Shown here piece by piece: positions 28,823-41,560 of a stretch of DNA of 64,000 nt (positions are counted from its first letter, which is position 1; each line of letters starts with the position of its first letter). Below the pieces are notes generated by a model that made no database searches, was not told the DNA's origin, and was given only the letters and a program-made list of their open reading frames with translations. Both the position numbers and the translations under genes were made by a program. This DNA comes from Eledone cirrhosa. Lineage: Eukaryota. Where the stretch lies: NCBI GenBank assembly GCA_964016885.1, contig OZ024743.1, positions 260,586,001 through 260,650,000 of the forward strand, written 5' to 3'.

Positions 28823-30441
28823 ATAACGAAGGAAGTGTGGTAAGGAACCAGGTGGACCATAACGCACCAGAGTACTCAATACGTAGGGTAGTAGAGTGGG
28901 TAATAGGAAAGTGTCCAAGACCCCAACGGCAGAGCTCAAGCCGTTTCGACGGCTATTTCTGGATTAAATTAGATTTTTAGCGTGGTAATAAATATCCGAA
29001 CTTTTCAAGGGGTAGTTCCTTATATAGGAAGATTGTAGTTGTCTAAAGGATTGGTCAAAATTTCTTGTAAAATCAATCAAATCTTTCATAGCGGTGGGTG
29101 GGATGTGGGGGTGGCTGAACTTGCCTGTAGAACAATGGAGGAGTGAATGGAGCCGGTCAAGCGTTGAAAGTGAATTCTATACAGCAAATTCTAAGAAGTG
29201 TGGAAGAAATTAGGCTAGCTAGAAAGCAGGCGAAAAAAGAATTCTGGAGGAATCTGAGAGTGACAAGTTATAAAATTAAAAAGTTAATAAATTGAAATTA
29301 AGAATTAAGAAGTAATAAATAAAAATAATAATAATATTAAAAAATTAAATAATAAAAAATAATTTAAAAAAAACTAGCTGCTATATTTATAGCTGGTATA
29401 AAAGACGAACTTGTAACCGCATGAGGGCGAGGTAAGTCCTACGCAATCGGTGTTTACATGCAGTTACAAGTTCGTCTTTTTATGTTGTTTATGAGTTGGT
29501 CCTTCGTAAACAGCATTTGTATTGTTTCCTCCGTGCATAAGTTACACGGACGGCGTCCTCCCGTGTAGGAGTTAGCCCTGGAAAGTAAGCTCCAAGTAAG
29601 AAGGCATGTGATGTTATTATCTTGGAGGTCCCAGATGTGGCCCGAAAGTGTAGTGGCATGTCGCAAAGACGAACTTATAACCGCCCGCATATAAACACCG
29701 ATTGCGTAGGACTTACCTCGCCCTCAAACCCCCTCATGACCCGGGTGAATAGACAATGGCTGTAATATCCTTCTTTTCCCCACTTGCCGAACAGCATACA
29801 TAGGTAGGTGTACTTCTTTTCTTTTTTCCCTTTATCTCTTCTTCTCACTTCCTTCCACTCCCTCTCCTCTTCCTTTTCCTTTTTCCTCTTTCGCTTACCC
29901 TGAGGCAGCCCATCGGGCTTTTGTAGCCTCAGTACCCCCACCCCAGTAAATTCTATATAGCATTGGCCGAAAACGCAATACCAGCTATAAATATAGCAGC
30001 TGTTTTAGACTCTAGTTTCTTTTATAATTTTTTATTATTTAATTTTTTAATATTATTATTATTTTTATTTATTACTTTTTAATTCTTAATTTCAATTTAT
30101 TAACTTTTTAATTTTATAACTTCCCACTCTCAGATTTCTCCAGAATTTCTTTTTCGCCTGCTTTCTAGCTAGCCTAATTTCTTCCAGATTCCTTAGAATT
30201 TGCTGTATAGAATTCACTTTCAACGCTTGACCGGCTCCACCCACTTCCCCGTTGTTCTACAGGCAAGTTCAGCCGCCCCCACATCCCACCCACCGCCATG
30301 AAAGATTTGTTGTGTTTACAAGAAATTTTGACCAATCCTTTTGACAACTACAATCTTCCCATATAAGGAATTACCCCTTGAAAAGTTCGGATATTTATTA
30401 CCATGCTATATATATATATATTCGGATATTTATTACCACGC
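28823..30441. mobile_element. Head-to-head Penelope-derived element (arms ~28981-29398 / 29980-30441) with a GIY-YIG C-terminal fragment
   Basis: ORF 29454-29690 has ATTLSGHIWDL...WSLLSRANSY...CNLCTEE. Inverted arms and (TA)n flanks. Confidence 0.82.
28920..29013 (-). ncRNA. Variant hammerhead (UUGAAAA core)
   Basis: Minus strand: ACCCC-TTGAAAA-GttCGGaTATTT...AAATAgCCGtC-GAAA-CGGC ttgagctct GCCG-TT-GGGGT. Confidence 0.75.
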
Positions 30442-30477
30442 TATATATATATATATGTATGTATGTATCTCGATTGG

Positions 30478-32420
30478 TGTAACCAGTAAACAAAACACAA
30501 TCAGAATATTAAAGGTTATCTGGAACCCAAGCTGGATATATATATCACACACCTATATCGGTCCTCAGACTTCCATCCATATTTCCTGTTAAACCAACTA
30601 TTTCAAACCTCATATTTACAAAACAATTTCACTTCCGTCATCAACCGATGATACTTTTGGGCCTGTTTCCTTTCTCTGTAATACCCTCGGTCCACCAGGT
30701 CACATGACCTTGGCTTACACTGCTTTGGCTGATCACTTGTTACAGATGAAATTTGAAAGGATATTTTGTTTTACATGATTATTCACTATAAACGCTGATG
30801 ACGATTCCATAAATTCATACATGCTCACATTTGCCACCACCTTATCAACAGTATAAAAGGGACCAACTGGAAGGCCGCTCTTTATTTCTATTAGAGTAGT
30901 TGGTGTATTCATTACCTGAACCAGTGCTATTCCTCACAAAACTGAGGTAGATGTTCTTGCAACCAATATATTCTCATAGCTTGCAATATTTTGATAAATT
31001 CGTTCAGCATTAACTGCTGTTGCCCTAACATGAGTAGCTAGTTCTAGCTGTTTAAATTTCAAAACATCGTGATTCATTTTAAACATTTCACTGATTATCG
31101 TCAAAACTGACCCTATATCAACAAGTGTTTTCGTAGAGCAATCACCAACACTTATTTCAACAAAAGTTCTTCATTTTGCACCGACAACGTTGTGTTGGAC
31201 GTATCATTTGTGTCGGTGCAGTTTACTTTAAAGAATTGTCCTGGAACGATGAGCAATCTTTTGCAAAGTGGCCAATCCCACCAAAGGTATAACAGGCATT
31301 TCGACTAACGCTTCCCTTCCAAAACCACTTGACCCACGACCATAATAACGTGTTATACGTCTAACTCTTCTCCCTCTATATCTACCTCTGTATTGATTAT
31401 TCCAGAATGTGCATTCTCTTTGAATGTGACCTTAGGCCCCACAGTCATAACAAATTAAGGGTTCTTTGGGATTACTAAACTCCTTTAACTCAGTAGCTAT
31501 CACTTGGATTTGTTCACTTAACAAATCCACTTTATTTTGAAATGACTGAACATTGTATTGGGATGTATGATCAAGCAAAGAATTGTTTTCATCTCTATGG
31601 GGTAAACCTTCCTGAAGTGACATAACTTGATCTTGATTTGCTTTTCTACATTCAAATTTATTAGCTATTTTGACTGCTTCATAAAGTCTTTGGTTCTTTA
31701 TCTCGTACCTTGTTCCCCCACATCAATTCCACACTTGAAGTGTGTGAGTACCATATCTTTCACTGCCCTATTATTGTATTTTGGGTAAGCTCAGAATACA
31801 AGCTACTTCAGTTCAGTGTCATAGACTGCCAATTTTCTCCTTTCTTCTTTCGATGTTTGCACTGCACGAAATGTCTCTAATAGGGCTTTCGGGGCAAATA
31901 CCTCCATGGAAACCTGTTTAATCTCTATGTAATCTTTTTTGTCTCCATCAGAAATACTTCTATATATATTGCAAACGCTGAATCACCGAGTAAATTTGGA
32001 AACAAAGAGACCTTTTCCTTGTATTTAACATCATGTGCAATACACCTACATATCAAATCTTTCACTCCAGATCACAAAAGTCATCACCTTGAATTCTATT
32101 GAACCGTTGTTACAAAGTAGCAAGCTTTATTATATATGCTTCAGCCATATTCAGCAAAATTCTTTGAATCACAAATCAAAGATATGAAAAAGAAACTAAA
32201 TACACACCCCAAATATCCGCAGAAAGTATACAAAATGTTCAAATATTACCAGCGATTAGCAAATATTTGAAAGCAAAGCTGTTCTCTGCTTCCACCAATT
32301 ATTGAAAGCCTCACATCTTCAAACCAATCTCACTTCCGTTTCCAACCGATGTTACTTTTTGTCCTGTCTACTTTCTCTTTAATGCCCTCGGTCCAACAAG
32401 TCACATGACCTTGGCATACA
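30478..32420 (-). mobile_element. Decayed, internally deleted LTR retrotransposon (gag/protease remnant)
   Basis: Direct repeats ~30625-30719 / 32325-32420. Left LTR runs TGTAA...TTACA. PBS-like TGGTGGAAGCAGAG on the minus strand at ~32284-32297. Knuckle remnants (CYDCGA*GH...C; CYTFGGIGHFAKDC) and a protease-like LVDIGS. Confidence 0.65.
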
Positions 32421-32621
32421 GCAAATAAACACAAAAGCCAATGCGATCATCAACCTATGATTGTGCTGCACAACACAACCATCGAACCACACAAGCCACT
32501 GGTATGGAGATGACAGACCTTATCAAGCTGCAGCCGTCACATTACGCAGTTTCTGTGCACTAAAAATCATTATATATCGACCTCAGTATGATTTGATGTC
32601 TAGTACAGAGTTTATAGAACA

Positions 32622-32808
32622 TTGGATTGGCAGTATTGGTAGAGGGTCGGACGCCATGCTTTGACGTATAGAGTTACGGCCCTTGCCATTCTGAGTTCAA
32701 ATCCCGCCAAGGTTAACTTTGCCTTTGATCCTTACGGGGTCGATAAAATAAAGTACCAGTAATGCACTGGGTAATTGCTGGCCTTGTGCCTAACGTAAAA
32801 ACAACTAT
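32622..32808 (+). mobile_element. SINE family A
   Basis: Consensus match. Confidence 0.85.
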
Positions 32809-33089
32809 TTATATAATATCCAAATCAAATTTGGATATGAAGGAAGGCAACTCAGTGCCTTAGTCTGCTTGGAACTACAGCCAAATATCACCTTCAAATC
32901 ACATGCTTTAAGAAACAAAAATGCTTTGTTTGATGTAATGTCCTGTACAATATACTGGAACCAGACACGAGGTGGTCACAGGTAGAACGCCTGGAAACAT
33001 AAGTTTACTATATCAGGATTGACATGAGCCCAAACAACGACAAACAGCAATGAAATATTTGGAGTGGATTTGAACTCAAGACCTGGGTA

Positions 33090-33490
33090 TCTTCTTCTTC
33101 TTCTTCTTCTTCTTCTTCTTCTTCTTCTTCTTCTTCCTGAGAGGGTCTTAGGGACAGAGTCCTCAAACACGCTTTCCAGCAGGTCCTGTCAGAAGCAACC
33201 GTTTCCAATTGATCCGGCTGGGTCCCCAATCGGGACCAGCTGAGCTCGTGGATGTTAACTAACCATCTTGATCGGGGTCTACACCAGGGTCTCCTGTCCA
33301 GTGATTCTTTCCTATGACATTCTAATCACATGCTCGTAATATCTGAGCTGTGGTTTCACAATTCGGAGAAATAGCGGCTCTACTTGGAGCGACTCTCTGA
33401 TCTCCAAGGTACGCACTCTATCTTCGGCCGCTTGTATTCGCGAACATATATTCTTTCAGTCATTATCCAAAATTCTTAGGTAAGGGTTGG
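33090..33490 (-). mobile_element. RTE-like LINE 3' fragment with a (GAA)n tail (duplicate of 38260-38642)
   Basis: Near identity to the longer copy. Confidence 0.8.
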
Positions 33491-33513
33491 GTTAGGGTTA
33501 GGGTTAGGGTTAG
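33481..33513 (+). repeat. Short interstitial telomeric (TTAGGG)n tract
   Basis: TAAGGG TTGGG TTAGGG TTAGGG TTAGGG TTAG. Confidence 0.85.
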
Positions 33514-34233
33514 AGAGGATGAGAGAGAGTGTGTGTGCATGTGTGTGTGTATGTGCGTATGTGTGTGTGTGTAAGGCTGAGAGGGCGGGAGAGAGAAAAA
33601 GAGAAAAATGAAGAATAGATCCCATTACAGGATTGGTATTTTATTTATAGACCTCGAAAGTATAAAAGGCAAAGTTGGTCTCAACAAGATTTGAATCCAG
33701 TACTCAGAGAGCCAGAACAAATACTGTAATGTATTCTATCTGACGTTCAAACGACTCTGTCGATTCGTCGCCTTATAAATGATAAATGCAACTTCACCAA
33801 CTTGCATTACAAAAACACATTACAAAAACACATTTCCCGTTACTTGAAAATCCTAGATACTGGAGTTAGCTTAAATAAATAAATTTCCCAAGAAAGAATC
33901 GCTGGATAGATTTTACAGGTGAAACCATCTGTCAAGACAGCCAGGAGTAGACTCCGAACAAAACATATCTCCTCACTTACCACTAACCATTGTCTCGTTC
34001 ATTCGTCTTAATGTCTTCCATATCATTTAGTCATTGGGTTAAAACTAACCAACATTTTCCTTTCTACCCGTTATTTTGATATTTTGAATGTGTTTTCGTT
34101 TTCAGCTCTAACTGACCGTCATCGTCACGTATTGCATGCACGACTTAAATGTCGTACATTTAATTCTAAAACATAAGTTTCGTTCTGTTATGGTTTTAAT
34201 ATTCCGAGGAAAGTGTTTGGTTACTTTGTCAAA

Positions 34234-34294
<61 letters not shown>

Positions 34295-34486
34295 GCGCGC
34301 ACCGTCCCCTCAATCTATCTTATTTCTCATTCTTTCTTCTGATGAAGGACTATTGTCCGAAACGTTAATACCCTCTTCCTGCTATATCAAACGTTAACCT
34401 AATATATCCCTTCCATATACTGTACAGATTGTGTTGTTATTTCGGTTTACCTTTTACATACATACATATATATAGGAACAAGTAAG

Positions 34487-34581
34487 ACCCCGACGGCTGA
34501 GCTCAAGCCGTTTCGACGGCTAATTCTGTACTGAATGAAAAGTTAATTCTGGTATTTAAATAGCCGAACTTATCAAGGAGT
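34487..34581 (-). ncRNA. Variant hammerhead (UUGAUAA core), mirror copy
   Basis: Reverse complement of 34955-35049 with one C->T change in stem I (GU-compatible). Confidence 0.72.
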
Positions 34582-34954
34582 AATTCCATATATGGTCAAA
34601 GAGATAATCACCAGGATTGGTCACATCACAAGTTAGTAGTAAATCTGTGATGGCAAGTTGGTGGGGGAAGGGGTAGCTAAACCTGCCAGTAGTAGAAAAA
34701 GGGGAGAGCAGGTGGAGTAGACCCATTCATGCGTTGGTAGTGCCAGCTACAGTGTGGTCAAAGAGGATACTGGGGAGGGGGAGGGGAGGAGGTCGAAACG
34801 GTAAGTAGAACAATGAAAGGTAAAACTGTAAAAGGTACTGAGAGAGAAAAAAAAAATTATAAGCAAAATCTGGTTACTAAGACTTAAGTCTCTCGCTATT
34901 GCTAGGCTGATGTGACCAATCCTGGTGATTATCTCTTTGACCATATATGGAATT

Positions 34955-35049
34955 ACCCCTTGATAAGTTCGGCTATTTAAATACCAGAATTAACTTTTCA
35001 TTCAGTACAGAATTAGCCGTCGAAACGGCTTGAGCTCAGCCGTCGGGGT
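34955..35049 (+). ncRNA. Variant hammerhead (UUGAUAA core)
   Basis: ACCCC-TTGATAA-GttCGGCTA...TAGCCGtC-GAAA-CGGC ttgagctca GCCG-TC-GGGGT. Confidence 0.8.
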
Positions 35050-35270
35050 CTTACTTGTTCCTATTACCCACTTTACTACCCTAAGTATTGAGTACTTTGG
35101 TACGTTATGGTCCACCTGGTTCCTTACTACATTTCCTTCGTTATATATATATATATATATATTTGAATTTTGACCGCCAAATACCAGGGGTTACCTCACT
35201 TTGGGAAAACCATGTGACCACCAGCAGTGTTTACTGCTAAAATTCACTACCCGCGCGGCTGAGAATGGAT

Positions 35271-35406
35271 ACCTGTTGAGAAAGTGAATCCTCTGTTCGA
35301 ACTTCCAAAACCAATAACTTGCATGCCCCGCGAGTGGATTTTGTTGATTTCGGATTCACAGAAACCTAGCGGAGATATTGCATAATATCGACACGATGGT
35401 CCAGGT
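35271..35406 (+). ncRNA. Variant hammerhead (UUGAGAA), duplicate of 20418-20553
   Basis: Near-identical sequence. Confidence 0.75.
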
Positions 35407-35665
35407 TTGTCAAATTATCCTGAGTCAGTTTTCTCGTTGCTTGGTCCCTGCGGCTGGCTTACCGGTCGCAATCTTCAATTTGCAAAGCTGTGTAAACGTA
35501 ATGTTATTACTCTAAGGTAAAATACCTTATTGAGTGCTTAACTGCACATTCCGATTGCATTCGTTAGCTTAGCTGCAGCCAGAGCTTCGATTATGCTGTA
35601 CTTCCATTTGTATATATATATATATATATATTCATTTAATTACATAATAAATAACACAATATAAT

Positions 35666-35739
35666 TATTCCATTACCAAAGGTTTCAGGAAACTAGACGA
35701 TCCTTACAAAAACGTCCAGCTCGTTCATCAGATAAAATA
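35666..35739 (-). ncRNA. Canonical hammerhead, duplicate of 20889-20962
   Basis: Identical sequence. Confidence 0.8.
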
Positions 35740-35795
35740 GTCATGTTTTTTATATAAGATTTGAAATTAATATCTTTTTAAAATGAAAGAGAGTT

Positions 35796-35874
<79 letters not shown>

Positions 35875-35924
35875 GACATATATATATATATATATATAAA
35901 AGTATAGAGGTGTAACACACAAGT

Positions 35925-38180
35925 TATATATTGGTAAACGGAATAGAAAATGCTGACAAATTGTTCACAGTAAAAGATAGTTTAATTAGGAATAAGTGAG
36001 AATTAGTAATTGTATTGGTTAGTATTCAGTTTTGGTTTTAAGTTTTACCGGTTGCGCATTTTTAATGCTTTTCAAAAATTATTTTGAGATAGAGCGTCCG
36101 TGATGTTTGCTCTGATCTGATTAGTTTTGGGAATTCTACCTGTTTTTATGTTAAAAAAGTGGCTCCAGCGGTATTAAAATAAGTTTTGCGCCAATTCGTG
36201 TTGCAAAAATTCTTGTGGTCAAAATAATTTTGATTGGTCGGTAGAGGTCATGTGAATGTAAAAAATTGATTTTGCGCCAAATGTAGGTTTGTGTCAGCTG
36301 ACTGAGAAATGACTCTTTCACAACAAATATGTGTGTGTGTGTGTGTAGTAGTAGTAGTAAAGTGTTCGTTGTTGTGATAATGGTCAGCAGGGATGTGTGT
36401 GCGAACCGCAGCTTGTTGACAGTTCAAATGCCTATTAAGACAAGTGTGTGTTTGTGTGTGTGTGTGTGTAGCAGAGTAATTCGTGGTAGAGGGATGGTCA
36501 GTAGGAATGTGTCTGTAAGTGAGTGGGGGATATTTTACCATGTTAAAAGATATTTTTCAGCTCTTGTCTTATACGGAGAAGTGTGTGTGTGTGAGTGTGT
36601 ATATATGTCTCTTTGTATGTTAATGTACGCGTGTGTATGTGTGTGTGTGTGAGAGAATGTGTGTGTGTGGGGGGGGGACCAGTATTTTTTTCCTGGTAAA
36701 ATGGTGTACATTATTCGATATTTTCAGTAAAATCGATTCTCTCAATAGAACATCAAAAACCTTAATAATAAAAGGTGTGAAATGATATATAGTATTGGCA
36801 TAATACCAAGGTGTGTGTGAGTGTCTGTGTGTATCCAGATTGTACGTACTGAAAGGGGGATCCCTTAGGCCTTGCCGTATTGGAATACCTGTGCACAAAT
36901 ATGTATCTGGAGTGTGTTCAGAAATTGTATACCTGTGCACAAATTGTACACCTGTGCACAAACTGTACACATGTATCTGGAGTGTGTCCAGAAATTGTAG
37001 ACCTGTGCACAAATATGTATCTGGAGTGTGTCCAGATTGCACGTACTGCAAGATATTTTTCAGCTCTTGTCTTATACGGAGAAGTGTGTGTGTATATGTC
37101 TCTTTGTATGATAATGTACGCGTGTGTATGTGTGTGTGTGTGAGAATGTGTGTGTGGGTGGGTGGACCAGTATTTTTTTTCCTGGTAAAATGGTGTACAT
37201 TATTCGATATTTTCAGTAAAATCGAATCTCTCAATAGAACATCAAAAACCTTAATAATAAAAGGTGTGAAATGATATATAGTATTGGCATAATACCAAGG
37301 TGTGTGTGAGTGTGTGCACAAACTGTACACATGTATCTGGAGTGTGTCCAGAAATTGTATACCTGTGCACAAATTGTACACTTGTGCACAAACTGTACAC
37401 ATGTATCTGGAGTGTGTCCAGAAATTGTATACCTGTGTACAAATATGTATCTGGAGTGTGTCCAGATTGCACGTACTGCAAGGGGAATTCATTAGGCTTT
37501 GCCGTATTGGAATACCTGTGCACAAATATGTATGTGCCCATCAGTGTGCAATGCATGTGTGGGTTTATGTATGTGTGTGTGTCGGCACGTTTATATCTAT
37601 AGACATCAAAAGGTATGCAAATTTGTGTATATTTGTGTTGCACCATAGAACATGCGTGTTTACGTATGTCATTGTGTTTATATGTGGGTAGAGATTTGTG
37701 CTGATGTAGGTATGTATATTGACGTGTGTATGTTGTGGGTTCGTCTTAGGGAGAAGTGTTTAGACGGGGTCTGTATTTGTTAATAAAGTAAGATTCCTTG
37801 CTGATGCGCTGGGTGTGGGCGGCATTATCTTTAAATTTGTAGAGGGGAAAGATTCTGAAGTTGGGATGATTTTGGGCGTCACAGGTATCAATGTGTTCAC
37901 TCAGTGGTATTTTCCTGTATTCCCGTATTTTAATTTGGGATCTATGGACAGTCATGCGTTGGCGGAGGCTGTTTTTGGTCTGGTATATGTATTGTTCTCG
38001 ACAACCTGAGCAAATTAATACATATATTAGATTTTCCGATGCACATGTGAAATTGTGTTTTACTATAAAACGTTGTCCTTCTTTGAAATAGAATTCCGAA
38101 CCCTCTATTAGGTTGATGCAAATGCCACAGTTGGGTCTATCGCACTTTTTTACTGTGGGTTTCGTTGTTGTGGTTGGCAG
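35925..38180 (-). mobile_element. Penelope-like element 3' part (GIY-YIG at 37746-38180 plus long 3' UTR), same family as 21828-25252
   Basis: KKCDRPNCGIC...LIYVLICSGCREQYIYQT...YRPRLN. The UTR matches 23663-25252. Confidence 0.88.
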
Positions 38181-40655
38181 TTCTTCTTCTTCTTCTTCTT
38201 CTTCTTCTTCTTCTTCTTCTTCTTCTTCTTCTTCTTCTTCTTCTTCTTCTTCTTCTTCTTCTTCTTCTTCTTCTTCTTCTTCTTCTTCCTGAGAGGGTCT
38301 TAGGGACAGAGTCCTCAAACACGCTTTCCAGCAGGTCCTGTCAGAAGCAACCGTTTCCAATTGATCCGGCTGGGTCCCCAATCGGGACCAGCTGAGCTCG
38401 TGGATGTTAACTAACCATCTTGATCGGGGTCTACACCAGGGTCTCCTGTCCAGCGATTCTTTCCTATGACATTCTAATCACATGCTCGTAATATCTGAGC
38501 TGTGGTTTCACAATTCGGGGAAATAGCGGCTCTACTTGGAACGACTCTTTGATCTCCGAGGTACGCACTCTATCTTCGGCCGCTTGTATTCGCGAACATA
38601 TATTCTTTCAGTCATTATCCAAAATTCATAGGTAAGGGTTGGCACGAATACCGAATTGACGATAGCGAGTTTGGTTTTTACACCTACCTGCATACTTCTG
38701 ATTTTCGAATACTGAAGCTGGTACCTGCAATTCTTGCACTTAATTGAGCCTTCTACCTTCTTTTACTTCTGAATACAGCCCTAAAATACTTGAACTTCTT
38801 CCCTTGCTTCAGTAGAACTCTACTCAGATGTATAGTGCACTGTTCTGGCTTCCAGATGTAGAGTGCACTGCTCTGACTTCCTTGAAAGAGCAAGTGTATC
38901 AGCCTTCGAAGCGCAGTCATGATAACCACTTTCAGTCCGGCTCTACATGTCAATCCTATTCATGAAGATTATGACCAGGAGATGTGACAGTACAGACCCT
39001 AGACAGAGTCCGATTCCCACATTAAATAATTTCGATTCACCACTATCTATCCGAACACAAATACTAGGGAATTCGTATTGAGACATCAGGGCAAGAAGCT
39101 GTTCATCAATCCCATACTCCTGCAGACCTTTCCATAGAAGGTCTCATAGAACGCGATCGTATGCCTTTTCAAGGTCTACAAAGACCTGCCAGGTTGGTGG
39201 ACGTTCTGCCAGAACACTTTATTTGATGATCTTAAATCAGATTCCAGCTTAACCCCAAAGTCCTCACATATTTTAACTTTGGACGTCTTTAATGTCTCTA
39301 CTGAGATTTCGTCGCAGAGTCGTTCTGCTAGAAAACTGGTCGCAGGTGGTGGATAGCGATACAGCCACCAGATATGATCGTTAGTTACGATATAAGAGGG
39401 CACCTTCCGGAAGAATAAGCAATCCCGGACCAACAGAGGTAAGCTACTAGGGAAGATGAAGCAATGCATAAGACCTTTAATTCCCAAGAAAACTCTCACA
39501 ACCCAGTGATGTAGCTACGACAAAGCGAGTAAAGGCCGCCTCTAAAAATGTCTAGTCTTTGCAAGTCTGAGAAGAGTACCAGATTGGTAACTGGTGTGAA
39601 TAAGACTACCAAAACCACTGCAATATGGTTCGAGGCAACAAACGCAATCATACTACATCGTCCTTTGTGCGGGTTAACTAGGGACGCGTTCAGGCTATAG
39701 GTAGTGGAGCTTGTTCGAAAAATATATTGCAGTCTCTATCTCATGCTGCAAAAATAAATATAAAAAATAAAGAAATATATCTCATGCTGCAAAAATTGGC
39801 GATTGGCTTGTAACATGTCTTGGGAGGCGTGGGATGAATGCATAAAGATTAGATATCCCGAGACCACAAAGAGAGTTCGGAAGGGAGCAAACCGTAAGCA
39901 TTGGAACCTGGAACATCCCAACCCTTACAGGTAAGGAGCAGAAACTAGTGGAGTAGGCTAGATGCTACCGGCTAGATATAGTCGGGGTTTACTCAACAAA
40001 GTTCCATGGCACCGGTACTGTAGATTTAGATAGAAAATGGAAACTCCACTATTTAGATGTGGTGCCAGACATGACAGTACAGGTCCTCTTTTGTCAGAAT
40101 CGTTTATTGACTGGACCCCATTAGGAGGTCTCTGTGGGTAGTACAAGTTTATACACCAAACAGAGATTCTAAATACAGACCATTCTTTGATGAAATCACT
40201 GCAGCGTTAGGTGTAGTTAAGACGAAGTCATATATCCCAGTGGAAGACTTCAATACACATGTTTGCACTAACCACCTGATATTGGAAGAAACGGCAATAC
40301 CGATTTAAACTTCTCTTCTAGTAAAAGACATCCATAAATAAAATGGTATTAAAAGAATCGCGGACAGAGATCAATAATTGATTTTGTAATTGTTTCTGAT
40401 CTCTTTGGTTCTGTGCTGGATGTTCGTGTTAAGAGAGGGGTTGAGTTGTCAACTGATAAACATCTAGTTATCTGCAGCTTGAGACCATCTAAAGCCAAAA
40501 CTGGCAGGTCCAGATCGGCCTACAGTATAACGTGGGACACGTTGGTGTATAAGGGTGTCAGGGTCAGGTATGCGGATACTATTGCATCGAAATTCAGAGA
40601 ACTCCCTGAGCAAACTGACGACGTTGAGACAGAGTGGAAACTGTTTAGTTTAGAA
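38181..40655. mobile_element. Degenerate RTE-like LINE. RT/3' part on the minus strand (38181-~39300, (GAA)n tail), 5'/APE endonuclease part inverted on the plus strand (~39330-40655)
   Basis: Minus strand has VDLEKAYDRV, FKYF, QLRYYEHVIRM remnants. Plus strand has EDFNTHV, SIIDFVIVS, RGVELSTDKHLV. Confidence 0.72.
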
Positions 40656-40946
40656 ATTCGATTTAAAAAATAAATAAAACTGGCGTGTATATGTGTGTAT
40701 ATGTATATATGTGTGCGTATATCTGTATGTCTGTAGTGTATATGGTCGTATGTGTATTTGCTGTGTGTGTATGTTATTGTGGTTCTGTCTTTCGTCCTAC
40801 AGCTGTTACGTATTTATATGTTGACTTTGATTCCAGATAATTCAGTAGGTCAACGCTTTATGAGGTATTGCTATAACCAACCCGACTTTCCAATACCGAA
40901 TAAAGTTAATGATTAATAAATCTAATTCTTACGAAAATTATTTTTG

Positions 40947-41135
40947 GGTCGGACGCTATCCTTTGCAGCATAGAGTTATGGCCCTTTATGATCTGAGTTC
41001 AAATCCCGCAGAGGTTAACTTTGCCTTTCATCCTTACGGGGTCGATAAAATAAAGTACCAGTCACGCATTGGGGTCGATTTAATCGACTTTCCCCTCCCC
41101 CAAAATTGCTGGCCTTGTGCCTATACTAGAAATCA
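40947..41135 (+). mobile_element. SINE family A with a (TTA)n tail
   Basis: Consensus match. Confidence 0.85.
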
Positions 41136-41177
41136 TTATATTATTATTATTATTATTGGGCGGTGGATTGGCAGTAT

Positions 41178-41314
41178 TTTTCATTGTTATTTTTTTGTTA
41201 CATTCTCTGTTTTTGTTTTTTACACGCAGAAATGCCCATTTGTACCGTCCTGTATTGTCCTGTACTGTCTTTAATGTCTACTTTATGTAAACCCTTGTGG
41301 TTAATAAAGAAAGC
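41178..41314 (+). mobile_element. 3' terminal fragment of the Tx1-like element, with a ~29-bp TSD
   Basis: Matches 56608-56730. Flanked by ATTATTATTGGGCGGTGGATTGGCAGTAT (41149-41177, 41315-41343). Confidence 0.85.
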
Positions 41315-41322
41315 ATTATTAT

Positions 41323-41509
41323 TGGGCGGTGGATTGGCAGTATCGGTAGAGGGTCGGACGCCATGCTTCGACGCATAGAGTTACGGCCCTTGTCATTCTG
41401 AGTTCGAATCCCGCCGAGGTTAACTTTGCCTTTCATCCTTCGGGGTCGATAAAATAAAGTACCAGTAATGCACTGGGTAATTGTTGGCCTTGTGCCAAAA
41501 GTAGAAACA

Positions 41510-41512
<3 letters not shown>
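41323..41512 (+). mobile_element. Full-length SINE family A with a (TTA)n tail
   Basis: GGGCGGTGGATTGGCAGTATCGG...GAGTTCGAATCC...AGTAGAAACAATTATT. Confidence 0.9.
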
Positions 41513-41545
<33 letters not shown>

Positions 41546-41560
41546 GTTATTACTATTATT

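Larger units (their letters stand above)
34471..35142. mobile_element. Non-coding Penelope-derived element with inverted arms (~34472-34627 / 34909-35064) inserted in (TA)n
   Basis: Absent from the paralogous site at ~20290-20310. Same family as 1435 and 28823. Confidence 0.85.
33512..35810 (+). repeat. Segmental duplication, copy 2 (with an extra insertion at 34471-35142)
   Basis: Near identity to 19336-21040. Confidence 0.92.

Noticed and set aside
37746-38381. 211-aa poly-Glu + GIY-YIG fusion ORF
   Set aside because: Chance in-frame junction of an RTE (GAA)n tail with a truncated Penelope-like endonuclease, and its YIG motif is mutated to YIY.
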